This document shows, one piece after another, positions 54,759 through 64,000 of a stretch of 64,000 nucleotides of DNA (within the stretch, counting starts at the first letter, position 1; each line of letters begins with the position of its first letter). The translations under genes and the position numbers were made by a program. This stretch comes from Tubulanus polymorphus (lineage: Eukaryota; Animalia; Nemertea). The DNA lies in NCBI RefSeq assembly GCF_964204645.1, contig NC_134027.1, forward strand, positions 11,192,485-11,256,484, in the 5' to 3' direction. Below the pieces are notes generated by a model. That model searched no databases. It worked only from the letters and a program-made list of their open reading frames with translations, and was not told the DNA's origin.

Positions 54759-57700
54759 ATGGCTGACGAATTAGACGTCGAAGCTATGCTGGAAGCTCCG
54801 TACAGAAAAGAGGTAATGTCTTCAACTGGATTAAACTGTAATGTTCTTTTGATAGCGTATATTTGTTATTAAGTACCCATACCTGTATGTTTATGAAATG
54901 ATGAACAACGACAATTCTTCCGGGTAAATGATATATTTCGGGGGGTTAATTGGATTAAACGAGGATGGTAGTACTGTGTTATTGCAAATAAGCACTTTCT
55001 AGCAATTGTTTTAACCCTTTCAGTGCGTTAGTATAAATCAGTGATAGATTTTGCTATTACAACACACTGCAGTGTATTGATGTAATTGGTAATTAGTAAT
55101 TATCTCTCTTGAAAAATGGCAGCACCTGTCAAACACAGTGAAATACCACCGCGATGTACACGCACTGTAGTGGTATTCCCGTTATTCAACACACTAGGGT
55201 GGAATTTTTGTTTAATTTTCAAATTATCCAGCACTATAGGGTATTAATTAATCAGCACTGAAAGGGTTTAAGTCAATCTGTTTTGAAATCCTAATTTTGT
55301 GGAATGATTAGCCATTGTTATTCGCAAAGGATGTTTTATTCCGGTAAGTATTAAAAAGCCCCGACAAAATAATCAGTGAAATTATGTCTATGAGTGATCG
55401 GACAGTTTGGCGGTGGCCACCGGCGGGGAGGGGGGCAGCAAATAACGTAAAAGCTACATGTGTCCCATTTTGTTCTATCTTAGATACGAAATACATGTAG
55501 TTACAGCTTCTCTGGCTATCCAAGACCAGGTCATCGAGTCTAGAAAAGGTAGACATTCATCCGATTGGTATTATTAACATCTCCGACTTTTAAAAGTCGT
55601 TCGTATAGTCACTCGTCAAACGAGAGAGAAAGAAAAAAAAGCTATTTTCGGTTTGCTTTAAGTCTGGTTGTGTGTACTACAGGAATTGCATGGATTATGA
55701 AAATTACATATTTAAACAATCAATTGTATAACGATAATTTACGATGTTGTTTGGATATTAACGGGAAAAAAAAATTTATTGTTAATCAAACATGTACAAA
55801 CGAAATGAATTCTATATATTTGATTTTTGCTTATTGATTAAATATATTTAACGGAATTAGAATTGTTCAGATGTGTGATTTTAAAAAAAAACAACAAAAA
55901 CCAATTTAGGAATCTTTTCGAATTTTGCGACTGTATCACTTGTGCACTTAAAATCGGTACTGAATATTGTCCATCCTGTCTCGTACCAGGGTCACCCATT
56001 TGATGCAGTCGGTTATGGAAGAATGGTTACCTACACCATCGTAGGCTGAACTACCGGACGGGATTTGCGCACGACAGTGGATTATTGTGCTACGTGTACC
56101 TTAGAACTCTGCCTTTCCCAGCTATCCATTTATTGGCAGTGATTTTAGCTTAAAAGTGTTGTCGGAAAGGTACAATTAAACTGATTTTAAGTCAGGATAG
56201 TGGCCTGTCGAGTGGCCCTCCCATAGTTCTTCTTTTTCAGGTCGCGAATTAATAAAAGGTACCGCCTCGAAGTATGACCCGTGTACTATTTTATGTCATT
56301 TCTCAATCATCAGTTGTTTCACGCAAATTTCGGCGACCAAATTCTTAGTTTTCTTTAAGCGACAGTTTCTGTTCTGAAGGGATATGTGCATGATTAAGAA
56401 ATGACGCATGATATCGTCTCAGGTTATCCTGTCGATTAGTTGACGCCCGGCTCTTTATTTTCGGTTCAAATATTACATAAATTAATTCCTGTCTGGGTCT
56501 CGTCTCGATTTTGATCGAAACCGTTTGAAAATTGAAACATTTCTATGATTAGTTAAGAAGTGGTGAAAAGTTAGTTTTGAATTCGAACTTGCGAGGTGGA
56601 GTCATTCTTTTCGAGCGAAAGCGCAGACCGTAGTTGGTATTCATTTATGGTAATATGCGCTATCCAGAATAACAATTAGAAACACGTCACTATCCTGTCC
56701 CTCCTGGCCCAGTCGCCCCTTACATATATTCATATGTAGCCTAATTCTTAGTACTATTCCAACTGTCGGCTGCTGACACGTACGGCTGGCTCCGTGTGTT
56801 TTCAGGTAACAAGTTGTAAGCTAGTATAATGTGCGAATATTTCGATAAAATAGAACTAATGGCGAATGTTGTTGTTTCTTTTCTTTCCCCTTTTGTTTTT
56901 TCGACCCGCATCTCCGGCGCTGTGTGTGTACGTCGTACATGTGTGTTCGGTGTGTGCTACTACTACTACTGCTACTACTGCTACTCATAACTGTGGTGTC
57001 ACTTATTTTGGAATGGCAGGATGAAATCAAGAATGGCAAAGACAAGGGCAGCAGTCGCGATAAAGACCGCGACAGAGACCGAGATCGGAAGTAAGTTTCA
57101 AATAATTCGTTCTCCTTTATTTTGAGCCTTAATAGTCTTGATATTCAATAATTGTAAGCACTGTCATCGGACAGGCATGTTCATTAGGGGCGTTGAATAT
57201 TGAAATGGTCAAATCGTCTAGCTTTTCAGATCACTTCCCAAGTGAGCATGTTGTCCCTGGACGTCTGGTTATCAGGGAAAGTTGGGGACATTTCTTGAAT
57301 ATAATTAGGGAAGAGTCAGGGAATTTGAGATCGCTAGATTGCGCCTAAAATCAAACAATTTCTGTATGTTTTACATATTTGACAGTGGTAATTGATTGGA
57401 TTCATATCAGATCAAGGCAGGAAAAACAACATGCATGTTTAGGGAATAGTCAGGGGAAAAAGCAAGTCAAATAAAAGTGGCCACCCTGTCATTTTGTTTT
57501 CATATCCTACATAGAAGTATATTCAATAAACTTTCAGAAGACGCAGCCGAAGCCGCGATCGAAAGAGATCGCGATCACGAGAAAGGAAAGATCGCGGCGA
57601 GAGGGATCGCGATCGACGCGACAGAGATCGAGACCGACCGCGGGATAAGGATCGAGACAGCAGACGGAAGAGGAGTCGTTCGCGCAGTCGCGACAAACGC

Positions 57701-59473
57701 AGCCGACGCAGTAGATCGCCGTCGTTTAATCGGCCGCCGCGTAGATCGCGTTCGAAATCTCCGTACGGTGGAGCTGGCGGCGGTGCTGGTGCTGGTGGCG
57801 CCGGTGCTGGTCCGCCTGCTTGGAAGAATAAGAAGAGGAGTCCTTCGCCAAACAGGTATTAAACATTATGTTTTAGTTAGTCGTGACCTAGTCATCCGGT
57901 GTTGAGCTGAACACCTTTGCTGCCACTGTGATATTATGATATTACATAGCCTTTGCTCAAAATTGACCATCGAGAATGAAGCAGAGTTTCTTTACACCGC
58001 CTGCCAATCAGAAACAATAAATCTGGCATGCCAGGGTGTCAATATTTGACAGTGAAGGGTCCGCTACAAGCATACTCATAGTAGTAGTACTTAATGCAAC
58101 TGGGCCAGTTGTGTGTGGAGAAAGGACGTTAAGTCCCGGAAGGGCGATTCAATTGTCTTTAAAAAAAGGAATCAAGTAATGCTCGTTTGGGTATATATTA
58201 TTTCCTTGTATGTGGAATGGCAGTTATAATCTGGCTTAGTGTTGCACACAGCACGAGAAAAATTCCTAACGGCTGTTTGCATAAATATTGTTGAATAATG
58301 TTGTTAAATTTGTTTTCTTGCAGCCGAGAATTCGCAAACCAACCTTATGGTTCTATGCGTTTGACCAGGTAAATTTTTGATTTTCTATGTCGAGCTAGCC
58401 CTATTTTATGAGATTAATTGGGTTGATGCCATTTTTAACTTTTTAACTCGTGTATTTTAGAAACAATCTACCGGAGTTGACTCCTGAGGAGCGCGATGCG
58501 CGAACAGTTTTTTGCATGCAGTTGCCATCGAGTATTCGTCCTCGTGATATTGAAGCATTCTTCTCATCAGTCGGAAAGGTGAGAGATTTGGAGAGAGATT
58601 TTTAAATTCACAACCAACTATGAAATATATCGTACTTTCAGTTCTGTTGTTTCCTCGAGTTATCTCGTAGCGGATAGGCCTTCTTATTCCATCACTGTTG
58701 CATATGCATGTTATGACATCATGGGCGAAATTCAGTTTTCATAGTCGACTAAAGGTCGGAACTAACTGAATGACTTAAGTTTGGTCGTAGCGTATTTGAC
58801 AGTGTTGCCATCTTGGAACTGCGCCCGAACTACAGAAATTCGTCCATTTCCGCACCATAATTCCGACTAATTGAAATTTTGTTTCATTTAGTTTGACTAT
58901 AGTCGACTAACTCCGATAACTGAAGTTTGCCATGGCTGCTGAAGTAGCAAGACTTTCAATCCCTCAAAAAGATAGGGAAAATTAACCTCAATTTTGGCTA
59001 TTCTTCTATTTCTGGTAGGGGCGGCAGATATTTTATAAGGGGTGGGTGGAAAAATGGATGGTATTGTCGCCCCTCTCAAACCTATCGAGAGTACACTGCT
59101 AAGAGGTGATATGCGTGAACTTTAATCCAACGTTTTATTTCAGGTTCGAGACGTGCGAATTATCACGGATAACAAAACGAGACGATCGAAAGGCATCGCG
59201 TACGTCGAATTCGCCGAGTGCGAATCGGTGGCGCTCGCGCTCGGTTTGAACGGTCAGCCGTTGAAGGGCAAACCGATCACCGTTCAGGCGTCTCAGGCTG
59301 AGAAAAATCGCACCGGCAATCCGACGGCCATCTTGCCGGGGATGGATCACAAAGGACCGATGCGATTGTACGTCGGCTCTTTGCACTTCAATATCACCGA
59401 AGAAATGCTCAGGGGTATATTCGAACCTTTTGGAAAGGTGAGATTTCTGATTAAACTGATATTTGATTTCCAC

Positions 59474-59570
<97 letters not shown>

Positions 59571-62425
59571 GTTTATATTATATTATTTGATATGTATAAT
59601 TTCACCTAAAATTTACGCGATATCTTTTAGATCGATCACATAAACTTAGTTATGGACAGTGAGAGTGGCAGATCAAAAGGATTTGGATTTGTTACAGTAA
59701 GTAGGCCTATATTTGTTGTAATCATGTTGTAATTTTTGGGTTAAAATCTGTGTAAGACAACGGGTTTCGATCTACGGAATAAAAACCACTTGTCTGAAAA
59801 TCTTGCCCTACGCAAACACAGTCCAATTGGTGGCACAATCATCTGTTGTATCGAGTGAAAAAAAGCTTTGATACTTAAAGTTGCACTAGCCTGATGGATA
59901 AGTGATGATGATAACCTATTTATCCTAATGAGAACGTGCTTGTCCCGGGCAATGGAACAAGTGCTTGGATCGGACCCTGCCACAAATGTATTAAGTCCTG
60001 TTTTAACTACACGTATTATCATTATCATATTGAAGTGTGTTAATTTGATGTTCTATGTACAGTTCCAGACAGCGGATGATGCGAAGAAGGCTCTTGAACA
60101 GTTGAACGGTTTTGAGTTGGCCGGACGACCAATGAAAGTCGGTCACGTAACGGAGCGGACAGCTGATACCCAGGGCGCGGCAATGCTGGACAGCGACGAG
60201 ATGGATCGAGCTGGTATCGATCTCGGCGCTACTGGTCGACTGGCTCTTATGGCGAAACTAGCTGAAGGTAATTTTGCAAAAAGATCTTAGTATCCTTGTG
60301 GATGCAATGCATGGCCAAACATAGTAATAGTAATTAAATTTCTATAGTGCCCTTTTCACTTTAGAATGGTCAATGGCGCTTTTCATTAAATCGGTAAAAG
60401 TTAAGCCAAACCAAATTTGTATTCAAATTCAATTTGCTGAGTGTTAAGTTGACATTGATTGGATAAGTTAGTCAACACATTCATGGTCTCATCTAAAATG
60501 ACTGAAGCGATTTTGACTAAATGAGATTAGTTCATCATGAGTGGAACGACAATGAGTCATTCAGTCATGAACAGTTCATTCTCAAATCAACTTGAATAGA
60601 ATTTTGAGCCTCGCAGATGCTCACTTGCTACAAGCGGAAGCCTCGACTGCCACGGAATTTTATTCTCTCAACCGGCTTAATCGTGAACTTGTTTATAATT
60701 TTTAGGTACGGGATTTGAAATTCCGCCGGTAGCCGCTAATGCGTTGAGTTTGACTCAACCGACGGAAGCAGCGCCACCAGTTCCTCAACAGGCTGCAGTG
60801 ACTACCGCGCCACCCATAGCTACACAATGTTTTATGCTATCGAACATGTTTAATCCAGTTACGTAAGTATTCCCTGCTTCGTTGTTTAAAGACGAACACT
60901 AACTTGAAAGTAAATCGACGCCTTGAAAAATATGTATTTTGCAAATATTGTCGACAATTTATGTGGATTTGAATATATAGATAATTGAAATGATTGGCAA
61001 CCAGTCTAGCCGGGATAGTGCACATCTCTCAAATATAATAACATTGAAATTTATCGAAAATGAAACAGGAGTTATGAAATATATTTAATTACAAAAGACG
61101 TTAAAAAAAGACTTTGTTGTTTTAGCACTGCAGTACACTTCAGATACATAGCCTCTCATGGCTGATTTCGAAATCTAGAATATGTTGGGGAGTCTTGTGA
61201 AGGGCATATAATTCCTAGGAATTTTTGAATTTCAGAAAGTTTACAATGCACCAGATTATAAAGATGTGCCAATCCTTCTTACTAGTCATGACCAGAATCT
61301 CAATAATTTGCCACTCTAGCCATTTAGGCTGATTGATAACGAGCAGATTTTCGCAATCGGGAATCCATAATTTTGGTGTCGCAGATATCCGAGGGTTGAT
61401 AGTTAGTGATGCACAGTTAAATAGAAATCTCAAATCTCATTTGTAGGGAATCGGAGCCCGGCTGGGATCAGGAAATCAAAGATGACGTAATCAATGAGTG
61501 CAACAAACACGGTGGAGTCTTTCACATATACGTCGACAAAACTTCACCGACAGGCAATGTCTACGTTAAATGTCCGAGTATAGCCGCGGCTGTCGCCTCG
61601 GTGCAAGCGCTTCACGGTCGATTTTTTGCAAGTACGTATTTTACCATTTAACGTTTACTTTACATCCGCACGTGGCCCATGTCCAATTTAGCACAGTCAA
61701 ACTCGCTTAATCCATATTTTGGTCTAGTCCGGACAATATTTGCGGTGCCTGTGTACATTAATATGTAAGAAAATGGCACGTATTTCCTGTGAACCGGATG
61801 AATTTAGTTGGTCCGAAATGATCTGAATTAAGCAGATTCTACTAAAGTTAAAATTTGCAATACAAATTGGGATTAAAAATATGGCCAATTGAATTCGAAA
61901 TATACATATGAAGACCAGAAAGTAATGACGTCTGAAGTGATGTGATTATTTATTTGATTATGACTTAACCCGGATTTAACTGTAGTGACAACTCAAATAA
62001 TGTGACAAACTTATACCGTGTAATTCACTTTATTCTCGGATCAGTTATATTTGGATTTTCATTTATTTCGGATTAAAATTCCAGTCCCCTATTGGTTATT
62101 TCTATTCAAATGAAAGCACGTTTAATTCGCACAAAATTTTCCAGTCCGAGGTGATCCGAATTAAGCAAGGTCTACCGTGTACCGATTTCAACTGTTTAGC
62201 AACATCGTTTATATGGTTTTATTTCTTTTTTTTTCGCTAGGGAAAGTGATTACGGCGGCGTACGTTCCGTTGCCGAACTACCACCAGTTGTTCCCCGATG
62301 CTCAGGTCGCGCGTTCGCTGTTGATGTCGTCGGCGCAGCACCAAGCGCAGTTACAATACGCGTCGCAGTACGGCGCCGCCGCCGGTATGATGGGAGCCAT
62401 GCAGCAGGGTTTGCTGCCTCCGTGA
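54759..62425 (+). CDS. RBM39: RNA-binding protein 39 / CAPER (RS domain, 2 RRMs, UHM), 11 coding exons
   Basis: MADELDVEAMLEAPYRKE, RS/RD tract, LTPEERDARTVFCMQL, RRSKGIAYVEF, GPMRLYVGSLHFNITEEMLRGIFEPFGK, LEQLNGFELAGRPMKVG, ATQCFMLSNMF, GNVYVKCPS, ITAAYVPL. Exons: 54759-54812, 57020-57090, 57538-57855, 58324-58368, 58461-58578, 59144-59437, 59631-59696, 60063-60267, 60706-60862, 61447-61631, 62241-62425. AATAAA at 63486. Confidence 0.95.
55015..55266. mobile_element. piggyBac-like MITE (inverted relative to the 22957 copy)
   Basis: TTAA|CCCTTTCAGTGC ... GCACTGAAAGGG|TTTA. Confidence 0.85.
59479..59568. repeat. (AT)n microsatellite, about 90 bp, with one phase slip
   Basis: Direct reading; lies in the RBM39 intron after exon 59144-59437. 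Confidence 0.97.
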
Positions 62426-64000
62426 TCGATGGTCGGTCGATCCGGCGTTTGGGCCTGTTAGGTGCTGGTTATTCATACGACGACGGACTAGGTTCAGGGC
62501 GTGTATTCGAATGTACGTAACGTGGCTGTTTATCAGTCGCGATCGCGTGCGAAAATCTGTAAAGAAAATTTTTAGATCTCCGTAACGTTTTCAAAAAAAA
62601 AGTTCAACCGACAATCTCTACTTCAGTGTAAAACCGGACTCTGACGCGTGCGAATATATCAGCTATCTTACATTAAGAAGAGTTGTCTCTAATTCAGGGT
62701 TACAAATATGATTAACACAAATCACCTAATAAACAAAATTGTCGTGTTTTGTTTTGAATATTTTTGATATTGTAAATTTAGCATATTGCAATCCGAATCG
62801 AATTGTTTGTATATTGTTTTTGTTTTTATTTGGTAAAAAGTTATTCAAATTTTGGCAGCAGTTCAACGGCTTATTGCCTATTGCTTATAAATCATCATAA
62901 TAGGTCGATGACTGGGTATATTTTAATTGATTGCGATTCTATTCCAATGAGAAGTTTTTACGGGTGTGTATTTCAAACTCGGAATACAGTAAACCAAGGT
63001 TTACTGTAGATCGTTTCGGAAATTTTCATAAATTCGACTCGTTTCAAATGTTGATTATTGATAAGGTATTTTAACTGTAAACGTTAATTGGTTTTAATAA
63101 CTCGCCGATGGATATTTAGTTTTGAGTTTGTTCTAAACACGCCATACGATGTTCGATTGTTACTTTTTCATTTGCATTTAATTTCGCTCTTCATAATTTT
63201 GCACATGAGTCGCAATCGTTTTCGTTTTGCCTCCATAAAGAATGAAAAAAAAGGTATGTAAATTATCCGATACTGTACATAGAAATAGACACGATGCTAC
63301 ACGTATGTGTGTGTGTGTATATATATATGTGTATTAACGTTCTATTATTGTAAATTATTAGTTAACGCGTGTTTTCCATTGAAATACCGGTAAATGCTAA
63401 TATTGTACCATGGTTGGATAATCAATCTTGCTATGTCAGGGCTATTCACATACCCGTTATGTAATACTGAAATGTATAAAGAGAAAATAAATCTGGTGTA
63501 TATTGAATTGTAATTTGCTAGTTGTTCTTGGTGATTTTGTGTGGTCGTTTTATGTCGGATTTAGCATTCAGAGTGGTATATATTTCCTTGGTGCGACTAG
63601 ACGACTTCCATTTTGACAATTCCTTTTGTGATTTGACAGAAGTATTAGAAGTGACCAATACTGTTCTTAGTGAATTTGTGTCGAATTAAGCATTCGGAGT
63701 GGTATGTATTTCTTAGGAGCATCTTCACAACTTGTGTTTTGATATAAGTCTAGTACTAGAGACGACCAAAGCTCCCTAACTGCTAATAATGGGATATTTA
63801 TGTGAACATATTAGGCCTATAAGTTTCATTATCTTGGTATCATCGGAAAGCTTGAAACTCCTTGGGAACGGATGCATTTGTTGACCTTATTGTTACTGGT
63901 CACCTAGGTAACCAGCAATATTTTTCCCAGGGGCAAAATGAGGTACCCTTTAGCTAGTGACCTTTTTAATAGTAAACTGTATGATGTTTATGCGAATATT

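Noticed and set aside
57477-57905. 142-aa ORF in the track
   Set aside because: It is an alternative frame of the RBM39 RS exon; splice phases select the Arg/Ser/Asp frame.
60290-60298. GTATCCTTG resembling a U12-type donor in an RBM39 intron
   Set aside because: An 8-mer match is expected by chance in 64 kb. There is no clear U12 branch site, and the normal GT donor at 60268 keeps the frame.

Overview
AT-rich, intron-dense genomic DNA from an invertebrate animal. It is not prokaryotic, so most short ORFs in the track are noise or exon read-through. Five spliced protein-coding genes can be rebuilt from GT-AG boundaries with consistent phases: a C12orf56/DUF4551-like gene (+, 1010-15740), REXO4 (-, 20541-24182), a copine of the CPNE5/8/9 type (-, 29430-38280), the SNF2 remodeler HELLS/LSH (-, 41103-52480) and the splicing factor RBM39/CAPER (+, 54759-62425). 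HELLS and RBM39 are head-to-head. Introns and spacers hold many non-autonomous DNA transposons (piggyBac-, Harbinger-, hAT- and Tc1/pogo-like termini, one nested pair) and tRNA-derived SINEs. Most notable observations: (1) unusual splicing signals in the RBM39 intron that carries the autoregulatory poison exon in vertebrates; (2) a ~250-nt multi-helix candidate RNA structure in the RBM39 5'UTR intron; (3) three Penelope-type minimal hammerhead ribozyme motifs, two of them as an inverted pair; (4) a collapsed relic of a copine gene duplicate; (5) a 3x tandem peptide repeat with CDK-type sites at the HELLS N-terminus. All gene models and structures were read by eye; no searches or folding programs were run.
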